64,000 nt of DNA from the NCBI RefSeq assembly GCF_020745735.1, contig NC_083404.1, positions 59,085,731 through 59,149,730 on the forward strand, read 5' to 3'. The stretch comes from Hemiscyllium ocellatum (taxonomy: Eukaryota). The notes below the pieces were generated by a model. It had not been told where the DNA came from. It was given only the letters and a program-made list of their open reading frames with translations, and did no database searches. Made by a program: the position numbers and the translations under genes. Positions 1 to 12,328 of this stretch are shown one piece after another; the stretch's first letter is position 1, and each line of letters opens with the position of its first letter.

Positions 1-702
1 AGAGTCTAACAAGTAGCTCTGGCAACCCAAACTTTGAGTCCAATATGTGAATAAACTTCTGTCATCACTAAATGAAACCAATTAGAGGAAAACTTCAAGA
101 CCATCAATGATATCCTTATGGGATGGAATTCACAAAAGAGGAGGAAAATAACAATCTGCCATTCCGAGATGTCACAGTAGAGCAAACAGCCAATAGGGAA
201 CTTAAAACCAGCGTCTACAGGAAAACAACACATTCAGACCAAATACTGAACTACAGAAGCAATCATCCCAACACCCACAAATGAAGCTGCATTAGAACAT
301 TATTTCAATGAGCGACCACACGCTGCAGCACGAGGAAACTATGAAGGGCAGAGGAAAATCACCACTACAGCGTATTCAAAAAGAACAGGTACCTAATGAA
401 TACAGTCTGCTGATTTCTCAGCAACAAACCCAAACAAGCAGACAAAACACATCCAGAAACCCTAGCCACTCTCTCCTACATCAAAGACATCTCAGAAGTG
501 ACTGCCAGACTAATTAGACACCTTGGCATCATGGTAGTCCACAAATCCACCGACACACAAATAGCAGCTAATGAATTTAAAAGACACTATACAACAACAA
601 GCAAAACGAATGTCATTTTCAAAATATCTTGCAAGGACTATAACAAACACTACATTGGACAAACAGGCAGAAAACTAGCCACCAGTATACATAAACATCA
701 AC
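1..702 (+). mobile_element. Penelope-like retroelement fragment (RT C-terminus and GIY-YIG endonuclease), degenerate
   Basis: ORF 498-707 reads [29 protein letters not shown] (GIY-YIG motif). Upstream frameshifted segments SVYRKTTHSDQILNYRSNHP are typical of Penelope RT C-termini. Interrupted at ~703 by a CR1. Confidence 0.8.
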
Positions 703-1939
703 TTTGAAGAGGTGACAAGTAGGTTAGACCAGGGAAACCCAGTGGATGTGGTCTATCTAGACTTCCAAAAGGCCTTTGATAAGGTGCCACACGGGAGGCT
801 GCTGAGCAAGGTGAGGGCCCATGGTGTTCGAGGTGAGCTACTGGGATGGATTGAGGATTGGCTGTCTGACAGAAGGCAGAGAGTTGGGATAAAAGGTTAT
901 TTTTCAGAATGGCAGCCGGTGACAAGCAGTGTCCCGCAGGGTTCAGTGTTGGGGCCACAGCTGTTCGCATTATATATTAATGATCTGGATGAAGGCACTG
1001 GGGCATTCTAGCGAAGTTTGCAGATGATACGAAGTTAGGTGGACAGGCAGGTAGGTAGTCCTGAGGAAGTGGGGAGGCTACAGAAGGATCTAGACAGTTT
1101 GGGAGAGTGGTCTAGGAAATGGCTGATGGAATTCAACGTGAGCAAATGCGAGGTCTTGCACTTTGGCAAAAAGAATAAAAGCATGGACTACTTTCTAAAC
1201 GGTGAGAAAATTCGTAAAGCCAAAGTACAAAGGGATCTGGGAGTGCTAGTTGAGGATTCTCTAAAGGTAAATATGCAGGTTGAGTCTGTGATTAAGAAAG
1301 TGAATGCAATGTTGTCACTTTTCTCAAGAGGGTTGGAATATAAAAGCACCGTTGTGCTACTGAGACTTTATAAAGCTCTGGTTAGGCTCCATTTGGAGTA
1401 CTGTGTCCAGTTTTGGTCCCCACACCTCAGGAAGGACATACTGGCACTGGAACATGTCCAGTGGAAATTCACACGGATGATCCCTGGAATGGCTGGTCTA
1501 ACATATGAGGAACGGCTAAAGATCCTGGGATTGTATTCATTGGAGTTTAGAAGATTAAGGGGAGACTTAATAGAGACGTACAAGATAATACATGGCTTGG
1601 AAAGGGTGGACGCTAGGAAATTTTTTCCATTAGGCGAGGAGACTAGGACCCGTGGACACAACCTTAAAATTAGAGGGGGTCAATTCAGAACAGAAATGTG
1701 GAGACATTTCTTCAGCCAGAGAGTGGTGGGCCTGTGGAATTCATTGCCGCAGAGTGCAGTGGAGGCCGGGACGCTAAATGTCTTCAAGGCAGAGATTGAT
1801 AGATTCTTGATGTCACGAGGAATTAAGGGCTATGGGGAGAATGCGGGTAAGTGGAGTTGAAATGCCCATCAGCCATGGCGGAGTGGACTCGATGGGCCGA
1901 ATGGCCTTACTTCCACTCCTATGTCTTATGGTCTTATGA
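703..1939 (+). mobile_element. CR1 LINE (HER1-like), 5'-truncated ORF2 RT and 3' tail, relatively young
   Basis: ORFs 712-1011 ([14 protein letters not shown]...[12 protein letters not shown]) and 1039-1860 (CR1 ORF2 C-terminus ending in stop); 3'UTR ends in TCTTATG-type repeats. Confidence 0.92.
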
Positions 1940-3225
1940 TGTTCAGCTCACTGATCTGCAGTTTCCCGGATTTTCCTTGAATCTCCAGTAAATAATGACA
2001 CAACATTAGCCACCCTCCAGTCTTCTGCCACCTCACCATGGCTGTCGATAATACAAATATTATTATTTGTATTATCGATAGTTTCTTGCCTAATTTCCCA
2101 TGATGTCTTGGGATACAATTATCAGGTCATAGTCCTGGGCATTTATCTACCTTTATGCGTTTTAAGATCTCCAGCACTTTCTCTTCTGTAATGTGGACTC
2201 TCCAAGATATCACTATTTATTTCCCTGAGTTCCATGTCTTTCTCCACTGTAAATACTAACTTGAAATATTCACTTAGGATCTTACCCATCTCCTATCGTT
2301 CCGCACAGGCAACCTTGTTGATTTTTTAGGTTCTCTCCCTAGTTACTCTTTTTCATTTAATACGTAGAATCCCTTCAGATTCTCCATAAGCTTAGATGCC
2401 AAAGCTATCTCTTGACTCTTTTTTGCCCTTCATATTTTCTTCTTTACTGTACACCTATACCCTCAATACTCCTCAAGGGATTCACTTGATCCCAGCTGTC
2501 CATACCTGACATATCCCTTCTTGATTTTATTGACCCAAGCCTCAATATCTCTAGTCATCAGTGTTCCTCACTCCTACCAGCACTGCCGTTCATACTAACA
2601 GGAACATGTTGTCCCTGAACTCTCATTAGCTTGCTTTTGAAAGCCTCCCACGTGCCAAATGTTCGTTTACCTGCAAACAGCCTCCCCTCAACAACTTTGA
2701 AAGTTGGTCTTGCCCCATTTTAAAACTTTAACTTGTTGACCAGGCTTATGCTTTTCCACAACTGTTTTAAAACTAATAGAATTATGGTCACTGGTCCCAA
2801 AATGCTTCCTCGCTAACACCTCAGTCACTAGCCCTGCCTTATTTCCAAGTGAAGATCAAGTTTGATCCCTTTTCTAATCATGCCATTTACATTTTGATTA
2901 AGAAAGGTTTCTCAAACACACTTAAATTTCTTTCAGATCTATGCCCTTAATACTATGGCAGTCCCAGTCAATGTTTGGAAAGTTAAAGCCCTACTGTTAC
3001 AATCCTATTATTCTTAATTATCTGCGATCTCCCTACATTTTATTGCTCCTCAATTTCCTGCTGACAGCACTCCATCAAATGATCATCCACTTATTTCTCA
3101 GTTCCACCCATATAACTTCACTGGACAATCCCACAGAAATATCCTAATAAATATTCTACTATATTTTCTCTACACAGAAACACCACTCCACCCACCTCCG
3201 TTGACTTTCCTCCAACATCTGACAT

Positions 3226-3533
3226 TAGATTAGATTACTTACAGTGTGGAAACAGGCCCTTCGGCCCAACAAGTCCACACTGACCCGCCGAAGCGCAACC
3301 CACCCATACCCCTACATTTACCCCTTACCTAACACTACGGGCAATTTAGCATGGCCAATTCACCTGACCCCGCACATCTTTGGACTGTGGGAGGAAACCG
3401 GAGCACCCGGAGGAAACCCACGCAGACACGGGGAGAACGTGCAAACTCCACACAGTCAGTCGCCTGAGTCGGGAATTGAACCCAGGTCTCAGGCGCTGTG
3501 AGGCAGCAGTGCTAACTACTGTGCCACCGTGCC
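3226..3533 (-). mobile_element. HE1-type tRNA-derived V-SINE
   Basis: Minus strand has a tRNA-like head (GGTGGCACAGTAGTTAG box A, GGTTCAATTCC box B), V-SINE core GTTTGCACGTTCTCCCCGTGTCTGCGTGGGTTTCCTCCGGGTGCTCCGGTTTCCTCCCACAGTCCAAAGA, and a (TAATC)n tail. Confidence 0.9.
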
Positions 3534-3540
3534 TCTCTGT

Positions 3541-3727
3541 AGCCGAGAGTGTGATGCTGGAAAAGCACAGTAGGTCTGGCAGCATCCGAGGAGCAGGAGG
3601 ATTTCTGATGAAGGGCTTATGCCCGAAACATCGATTCTCCTGCTCCTCAGATGTTGCCAGATCTGTTATGCTTTTCCAGCATCACATTCTTGGCTCTGAT
3701 CTCCAGCATCTGCAGTCCTCACTTTCT
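3541..3727 (+). mobile_element. Short fold-back Penelope-related element with minimal hammerhead motif
   Basis: Inverted arms; CTGATGA-A-GGGC-TTAT-GCCC-GAAA-CA-TC at 3605-3632; shares the family 3' end CTCCAGCATCTGCAGTCCTCACTTTCT. Confidence 0.7.
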
Positions 3728-5494
3728 ACTACAGCATCTGTACCCCGGAACATTCAGCTGCCAGTCATTTCCATCCATCAGCCATTTTTTTTTGTAATAG
3801 CAAAGATATCCAGGTATCATATACCCATTTATGCCCTGAGTTTATTGCCTTACCTGTCAGGCCCCTTGCATTGAAGTAAATGCAGTTTAATTCATCAGGT
3901 GCTCTTGCCTGTCTTGCCTATTTAACTTGCTCTCTTTAACTTGTGTACAAGTCTCAACCTTCCCTCTTGCCGCACTACTGCTTAGGTTCTCTCCCTGTCA
4001 GACTAGTTTTAACACTCCTATGTAACTCAAGTAAAATTTCACTGCCAGGATATTCGTCCCCCTCCAGTCCAGGTGCAACCCTTCCCCTTGTACAGGTCAA
4101 CTTCTGCTCCAGAAGAAATCTCAATGATCCAAAAATCTAAATTTCTGCCCCTGCATCAGCTCTTCAGCCACACATTCATCCACCCTATCCTTCATGCTTA
4201 TTCAAAAGCTCATGGCTCCAGGTGTGATTCAGAGATTATTACTCTTAAGCCCCTGCATTTTAACCTCCTGCATACTTCCCTATATTCCCTCTGCAGGACG
4301 TCATTCCTCTTCCTACTTCTGTCACTGGTACCAATTTGGACAATGACCACTGACTGCTCAAGCCCCTCCATTTCCAAAAGCATCATTGCACAGCTCAAAT
4401 AACATACAACTGTTGATTGTTAAGTTGCAAACTCTTGTTTTTTTTAATCAATTACAGGAATCCAATTTCAATTTGTTTGTAATTCCAATAAGGAAAATAT
4501 GATCTCTTACAACTCCCATCCCTTCCTGCTGATTCTCTTCTTTCATCCAACCCGATTTCCCCTTCCCTCCCACTCCAAAGAATAAATAGGTAGTTGTTTT
4601 TGACCTTTCCACACTCAGTGGCCTGAATGACTTTCTTCTGTGCTATAGACTTATATGTCTCATTCATCCCCTCCCCTTACACTGCCCTCATCTCTCCATC
4701 CAACACTCCCAGCCTATTTCCCAAACTCTGAGGATAGTCAAGTATATTCAGGACTGAAATTGATAGATTTTCAGTTAGGCAATTAAGGGTTATGGGGATG
4801 TAGCAGTAAAGTGGAGCTGAAATCTAATAGAATGGTGGAGCAAACTTGAAAGGCTGAATGACTGACTTATGGTCTAATCACCTCAGTCCCAGATTAGTAC
4901 AGGTCTTCTTCAGGGTAATGTCTGAGGCCCAACCATCAACTATTCAATTACAGATTTTCCTCCATCATAAGAATGAAATGGGAGGTCAGCTGACAATTAG
5001 TGTATCGGTGTTAATCTGCAACTCCTCAAAAAATGAAACATTCTACTCCCCTATTTAGTGGAGATGAATGATATTCAAGTTTGAGTGATAAGCACCACTT
5101 GTGTCAGAAAGGGAAATTACCATCTCCAATGCGAGACTCTCACTATATGCAAAGGTAATATTGATTGGTTGATTTAATGTTGTCACATGTACCAAGATAC
5201 AGTGAAAAGTGTTGTTTTGCATGCTATACAAAGAGATTGTACCATATGAAGTGCATCAGGTCAACAGAACAGAGTACAGAGAGAAGATGCAGAGACAGGT
5301 AGAGAGAGAGATCAGAATTAACATTTGAGAGGTCTATTCAAAAGTCTGGTAACAACAGTGAAGTCGTTCTTAAATCTATGTATATTCAAAGTTCTATATT
5401 TTCTGCCTGATGGAAGAGGGTGGAAGAGAATATAACTGGGGTAGGAGGGGATCTTTAATTATGTTGGTAGCTTTTTCAAGGCAGTGGGAAGGAC

Positions 5495-7620
5495 ATAAGA
5501 ACCAGGAGTAGATGTGGGCCATCTAGCCCTTTGAGCCAGTTCTGCCATCAATAATCTCATGGCTGATCTTTTCGTGCCCTCAGTTCTACTTACCTTCTCA
5601 CGTAACCCTTCATTCCTTTACTGCTCAAAGTTTAAAAGCATTCAATGAGGAAGCTTCAACCACTTGACTGGGCAGAGAATTCCACAGATTCTCAACCCTT
5701 TGGACAAGTAGTTTCTCCTCAATTCAGTCCTAAATCTGCTCCCTCTAATTTTGAGGCTATGCTATCTTGTTCTAGATTCCGCCAGTGGAAACATCATCCC
5801 TGCTTCTGTCTTATCCAATTCCTTCAAAATGTTATTTTTCAATAAGATCCCTCCCCCATTCTAAATTCCAGTGAATATAATCCCAGTCTATTCAGCTCTC
5901 TTTATAAGCCAACCCTCTCAACTCCAGAATCAACCTACTGAATCTCCTCTGCACCTCCTCCAGGGCTAGTACATCCTTTCTCAAGTAGGGAGACCATAAC
6001 TGCACACAATACCCCAGGTGTGGTCTAACCAGCACCCTGTACAGCTGGAACATAACTTCCCTGCTTTTAAACTCAATCGCCCTAGCAATGAAGGACAAAA
6101 TTTCATTTGCCTTCTTAAGTAACGTTTGCACCTGCACAAGAACACCCAGGTCCCTCTGCATGCTGCAACTATTTACCATTCAAATAATAGTTCTTTTTAG
6201 TGTTATTCCAACCAAAATGGATGACTTCACATTTATCAACATTGTACTCCATTTGCCAGACCTTTACCCACTCACCTAAACTATCTATATCCCTTGGCAC
6301 ACTTTGCTCTACCACTCATCTTAGTATCATCAGGAACTTTGACATATGAGACATGGGCCCCAATGTCAAATTATCTATGGAAATTGTCAACACTTGTGAT
6401 CCCAAAACTGATCCCTGAGGCACAATGTGAGTCACTGATCACCAAACAGAAAAAACACTTATTTATCCCATTCTTTGTTTCCTGTTAGTTTACCAATTCT
6501 CTATCCATGCTAATGCATTGCCCAAAATGCCATGTATCTTTATCTTATACAGCAACCTTTTGTGCAGCACCTTGTCAAATGCCTTTTAGAAATATAGATA
6601 CACCACATTTACTGGGTCCCCATTGTCCACTGCACTAGTAATGTCTTCGTAGAATTCCAGTAAATCAATTAAACATGACCTGCCTTTCATGAACCCATGC
6701 TCCATTTGCCCAATGGGACAACTTCTATCTAGATGCCTTGCTATTTCTTCCTTGATGTCAGATTCAAGTATTTTCCCTGCTACAGAAGTTAAGCTAACCA
6801 GCCTATAATTTTCCATCTTTTGTCTACCTCCTTTTTGAAATGGTAGTGTCACATTTGCTATATTCCAATGTGCTGGAACTGCCCTAGAGTCTCGCAAATT
6901 TTGGAAAATTACCATGAGACCATTTGCTATTCCTCTACCACCTCTTTTAGTACCTTGGATTGCATTCCATCAGGGCCAGGAGACCTATTTACCTTTAGCT
7001 CCATTAACTTGCTCAAAACTCTCTCTTTCACGATAATATTTTCTAGGTCTTCATCTTAGTCTCCTTGTCATCAATACTGGCATGTTATTCATGTCCTCTA
7101 CTGCAATGACTGACATAAAACACCTGTTCAATGCCTCAGCTATTTCCTCATTTCCCATTATTAAATACCCCTTCTCATCTTCATTTACCTTAGCCACTCT
7201 TTTTCATTTTATACATTTGTAGAAACGTTTGCTTTTATATTCTGTGCTAGTTTACTCTCACAATCTTTCTTTATTGCTTTTTTTGTGGTTTCCTGTTGAC
7301 CTTTAAAGTTTTCCCAATTTTCTAGTTTCCCACTGGTCTTTGCCACTTTCTGTGCCTTACCTTTCAATTTGATATCCTCCCTTATTTCCTGAAGCATTGG
7401 TGGCTGATTACTCCTTTTTACTGGTTAGGTACTTTTGCTGAACACTTTGAAAAATTGCTTTGAAAGTCCTCCACTGTTCCATAATAAAGTCTTTTGCTTC
7501 TAGACTACTTTAGCCAACTCCTCTCCCATTGTATTGTAGTTTTCTTTGTTTAAGAATAGGATCCTAGTATTGGATGTTATCTTCTCACTTCCCATCAGCG
7601 ATCTAAGTTGGTCCATACAG
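5495..7620 (-). mobile_element. Degenerate CR1 LINE ORF2
   Basis: ORFs 5892-6179, 6586-6915 (WNIANVTLPFQKG...NYRLVSLTSV) and 7209-7397 are CR1 RT segments. Confidence 0.85.
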
Positions 7621-7659
7621 GGATCCCCTTGGAAGGATCAATCACAAACTGAGACCATT

Positions 7660-8900
7660 AACTATTCTTGTCTCCTTACACAGGATGAAGTCAATGGATG
7701 GAAGGCTGGGCTGTGTTCACAACTCTGTTGCGTCCTTCAGAACAGCAGTTGCCAAACTAAGTTGTGATGCATCCAAACAAGATGCTTTCTGTGGTGCATC
7801 TATAAAAACTGGTAAGAATCCTCAGACATACCAAATTTCTTTAGCCTCTTGAGGAAATAGACAGTGTTGTGCTTTCTTGACCATGTCGACATGGCTGGAC
7901 CAGGATAGATTGCTGATGATTGTCAAAAACAGGAATTTGACGTTTTCGACCATCACCACCTCAGCACCATAGATACCACTCTACTTCCTGAAGTCAATGA
8001 TCAGCTCCTTTGTTTAGCTGATGTTGATGCAGAAATTGTCATCTTTACACCATGCTGCTAAGCACTCAATCTCTTTCCTGTATTCTGCCTTGCTTGAGAT
8101 CCAACCCACACCAGTGATGTCAGCAAATCTATAAATGGAGTTGGAGTGGAACTTGGCCACACAGTCGTGAGCCTAAAGGAATACAAAAGGGAGCTGAGTA
8201 CACAGCTTTGTGGGCACTAGTGTTGAGGATTATGGTGGAGAAGGTGTTGTCACCTATTCTTACTGAGTGCAGTCTATGGGTCAAAGTCGAGGATCCGATC
8301 ACAGAAGGGAGTCAAAACTTAGGTCTTGGAGTTGAGAGATTAGACTACTTACAATGTGGAAACAGACCCTTTGGCCCAACAAGTCCACACCGACCTGTCG
8401 AAGCTGACCCCACCCATACCCCTACATTTACCTTACCTAACACTACGGGCAATTTAGCATGGCCAATTCACCTGACCCGCACATCATTGGACTGTGGGAG
8501 GAAACCGGAGCACCCAGAGGAAACCCACGCAGACACGGGGAGAACGTGCAAACTCCTCACAGTCAGTCGCCTGAGGCGGGAATTGAACCCAGGGCTCTGG
8601 CACTGTGAGGCAGCAGTGCTTGCCACTGCCACCCACCAAATGAATTTGGAATCATTGTGTTGAAGGCAGAACTGTAGTCAATAAGTAGACACCTTACATA
8701 GATATCCTTGTTATCCAGATGTTTCAGGGATAAGTATAGGGCTAGGAAGATGGTATTTGCTGTGAACCTGTTGTGCCAGTAGGCAAATTGCAAAGGATCA
8801 AGGTAATTTGACAAGCTATCAAATTACCTTGATCCTTTGTAATTGTGTGAGCTGTGACTAATCTATTGAGTTCAGAGCCATTGGGTGGTACTCATTGAGG
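7660..8900 (-). mobile_element. Rex1/Babar-type non-LTR retrotransposon RT fragment; related 3' piece at ~5160-5490
   Basis: ORF 8563-8814 LDPLQFAY...[27 protein letters not shown] is characteristic of Rex1 RT. Confidence 0.78.
8335..8635 (-). mobile_element. HE1-type V-SINE, second copy, nested in the Rex1 fragment
   Basis: Closely similar to 3226-3533. Confidence 0.88.
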
Positions 8901-10085
8901 CATGCTGCATGATTTTTCTTTGGCATTTGAGGTAAGATTTATTCAACCTCATTCAACCATTCACCACCACCAGGTTGAAGCAAGACATCATCATTCAGAA
9001 TATAATTAGACAAGCTACAAACATAGTAGCAACAAAGACAGGGCATTCTGCAGTAAATAATTCACTGGATTACACACCAAACCATCTACAAGAAACAGTG
9101 ATGTGATACTGCCCTCTTTTTCAAGTTGTGGGAATGTGGGCATCACTGGCTTTCCTAGCATTTATGGACCATCCTTTATTGCCCAAGGATAGTCAATAAA
9201 GGTGTGCTACGTTCTTGAAACACTGCTGTCCATGTGGTGGAGGCACATCCAGAGATTGTTATCAGGAAAGGACTTACAAGACTTTGATCTAGCAATCAGG
9301 ATGGTGTCTTGGAAAGGAATTTGCAGGTAGTATCTTTCCATGTATCCGACGCCTTGTTCATTGTAGTGGTAGGGATCAGTGGTTTAGAAGATGCTGTTGA
9401 GAAGTCTTGGTAACTAACTGTTGTGCATTATATCGGCTATACACAATGCTGACACCGAGTGTCAGTGAAAGGAGTGGCAAACCCCACACAATATAATAAG
9501 TACTATTGATAGGTACCCACCTAAAACCTTGAACATCAACAGCATTCTCCTTCCCCTCCCACGTTCTGGAGACAGAAGTTTGAATTCCACTATTGTAAAC
9601 AATTTGAACAAAAAGCTAGCCTATTGGCAGATCTTGTAATCATGGTGGTAAAAACCTATCCAGTTCAGAAATGTCATTCTAGAAAGCAAATATGCCATTC
9701 TTATCCAGTTTAGCTTACACGTGACTCCAGGCCCACAGCAATGTACTTGACTTTTAACTGCCGTTTGGGCAATCAGAGATGGGCAAATGCTGGCTTAGTC
9801 AGCAATACCTACAAATAATAATAAAAAAAACTTCTGTCAGAAAAACTACAAAATAAAATCAATCTTGCTTTACTTTGTTTTGAAGGACGAGTCTTTGGAT
9901 GGTGCCACATCTTGGCATTTGCAGGTTTGTCAGACATAGTTACTGTTATTTTGATAAAATGTTTCCTTTTATGCAGTTAATCCTCAGTGAGGTGAGAGGA
10001 TCACATGATATTTTATATTGTGAATAATCAAAGAAAATGAAATTATCATGTAACAAACTGGAAAAATATCAATTATGTAAAGTAA

Positions 10086-10091
10086 TTTATT
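10086..10091 (-). terminator. Probable POLR2K polyadenylation signal AATAAA
   Basis: First AATAAA on the - strand, ~160 nt after the POLR2K stop codon. Confidence 0.55.
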
Positions 10092-10252
10092 TCCATCAAA
10101 TAAAACAGAACATCTTGTAAATACTTTTTGAAGAATGTGAGAAATAACAACAACAAAAAAAAAGACTTCCTGTCTGAAATTTACATGAGAAACAAGGCTG
10201 GACAGAAACACTTGCAAATCTTTCGGTGCAAATTTAAGAAAGATGTTGAATT

Positions 10253-10275
10253 TCACCGGGCATCAAAAACAACCA
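10253..10275 (-). CDS. POLR2K: POLR2K last coding exon (23 nt; (L)VVFDAR*)
   Basis: - strand: tttgcag|TG GTT GTT TTT GAT GCC CGG TGA; completes the RPABC4/Rpb12 C-terminus. Confidence 0.95.
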
Positions 10276-11417
10276 CTGCAAAGATTCAAGTTAAGGAAGA
10301 AAATAAATTTTAAAAACTAGAGCTACTTAATACAGTTAAGTCCCCTAAGTTCTCATAACATTACCAATGCAAATAAAGCATTGTCAATATATTCATTTAA
10401 CATGGAGTTTCATGTTAACATCATTATGACCTCTGCAGTGATTATGGTCCTTCCCTCAGGTCTTCAAGACTCCTTCCCAGGTCTGACACAACCATCAATT
10501 GTTACTTTTAAAGTTCCGAGTGTCTGTTGTAAGCACTGGACACTTCAGCTGCTCCTCTCACGCTGCTTGGTTTTTTGCTTGGGCTCCTTCCATTACTCTC
10601 TTTTCTACATTGGTCCTGGGTTTGTTCTGCAATTGTTCTCAGCTTGTGGCTGCTCCCTCCCATTCAGCACTTAGAACACAGGATCTATCTACTAACGAAA
10701 GCCGTTTGATGCAGGCCTTGCCAGCAAATACCTGAACCAACTAACTCTGCCATTCACTGGCACCTGGCCAATCTAAAAATACAACAACACTTCAAGAAAT
10801 TCTTTTAAAATATAAGGTGTTCCAATCAATACAGTATTTATTTGATATTTAGTGACTTATTTTAGTTTGCAAGAACTTTTAACTAGGAAAATGTTTACAG
10901 TTCAGTATTTCAATCTGTGTACTTATTTCCCTCACCGAAACAACTCTGACATTAATTGTTTTGGGAAATCATGCTTCATTTGAAGCAAGTTGTCTGGATG
11001 CTGAGATCTAAATCAAAAATAGTATGTGATGGAGAAACACAGCAGGATGGTAGCATCTGTAGAGAGAGAAAGAGAATGAGAGATGTGCGAGAGTAAGAAT
11101 TGAATATTTGAGCCCAGTATGACTTTTCTGCTGGCCAGACCTCCAAGTTTCTGCACTTAGTTTTTATGTTTCACTTAGAGATATGATTTTAAGAATGTAA
11201 ATGTAAGTGAAGACTTGCTGTAGCTTTCAACAGTTAATAGCTTTACTACGCTTAATTCAGCAATCTAAGCTCAAACTTTGATATTATTAATAAAAATGCA
11301 TAAGGAAAAGGACTTAATAATAGTCAGGTTTTAGCTTAGATCCCCATGTACACAGCTTGTATTACAGGCAAAACATCAAGATATTAAATCATTGTATGCT
11401 AAATTGTTTAAGGATAC
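10276..11417 (-). other. POLR2K: U12-type (minor spliceosome) GT-AG intron of POLR2K
   Basis: Donor GTATCCTT (11410-11417) and branch site TTCCTTAAC (10290-10298) close to the AG. Confidence 0.92.
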
Positions 11418-11510
11418 ATCTCTTTGTTCTCTTCTTGTACATTATTCTGTAACCACATTCTCGGCATCGGATTGGATCTCTTGCTTTAATTTCATTTTCT
11501 GTATGACATT
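11418..11510 (-). CDS. POLR2K: POLR2K middle coding exon (93 nt; [31 protein letters not shown])
   Basis: Translation matches the RPABC4 zinc ribbon; acceptor ttacag, donor gtatcctt. Confidence 0.97.
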
Positions 11511-12274
11511 CTGTAATAAATAAATAATTCAAGAGATCAGTGTTCAACTTCTGTCTTAGTTATACTGGTGTCAGATTCATTTTACTTTTTTTTAAAAAAG
11601 GTGCATAAACATACATTAATGTGTACAGTCCTGTGTACATGTACGAAAAAACTGGTTTTCTGAATAACACTTACACATCAAGAGGAATACATTCTGCATT
11701 TGTCAGTGAAACCTGTTGCCAGTTTATACAGACAAATCTACTCACTTGTACTGGTGTCAATTTAAACTGTCAGATGTAAACAAAGATTACTAGGCACATG
11801 CATAGGTCTTTAATGTACAATGATGATGCTTCATTAGAAAATGGTATGAGAATCCTGTAGCTTTAAAAATTGGAAAAGGTTCTGATTGCAAACAGTTTAC
11901 GAAATGAAGCATCAATTTGGTAACCTTAACTAGCTAAATGAGAATACAACAATTTATTGACCTCAAATTAGGAGGCAAAAGGTGGTACATTCAAGGTGAT
12001 CTCTTGTAATTATGATAGTACAGAAAATTTAGATGGTGCAAAAATGTCAAGAAATCATAAATGAGCAGTCACTCCCAAATGAAAGAAACACCAACACAAC
12101 GCATACAATTGTGAATTATGATTGTAGGACCAACAAGTTATTTTCTTGCATGGTACATCTAATGACAAGTTTAGTTAAAGATAATACATTTTACAAACAA
12201 GACATCTAACTTCAAATTCTCCTAACTGGATAAAATGTGTGGGGTGTTGGGATCAACAACCCAGATGGCATTGA

Positions 12275-12328
12275 ATCTATGAAGAAGCCAAGATCTATGA
12301 AGAAGCCAAGATCTATGAAGAAACCAAG
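12275..12328. repeat. Tandem repeat, 3 x 18 bp (ATCTATGAAGAAGCCAAG)
   Basis: Directly visible; third copy has one substitution. Confidence 0.9.

Larger units (their letters stand above)
1940..4400 (-). mobile_element. Degenerate CR1 LINE (ORF2 N-terminal half and ORF1 esterase remnant), interrupted by a SINE and a fold-back element
   Basis: Minus-strand CR1-like sequence; ORF 4210-4398 VVIVQIGTSD resembles the SGNH esterase block of CR1 ORF1. Confidence 0.7.

Noticed and set aside
712-1860. Active reverse transcriptase gene
   Set aside because: 5'-truncated, frameshifted CR1 copy lacking endonuclease and promoter
3455-3533. tRNA gene
   Set aside because: tRNA-like head of an HE1-type SINE, followed by V-SINE core and LINE-derived tail
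9864-9932. Minus-strand exon-like stretch encoding MSDKPANAKMWHHPKTRPSKQ
   Set aside because: Weak donor, no recognisable homology, lies just after the POLR2K poly(A) signal; cannot be assigned to SPAG1 or another gene
12275-12328. CRISPR-like array (also the 36-bp units at 16161-16268)
   Set aside because: Direct tandem repeats with no spacers, in vertebrate DNA with no cas genes
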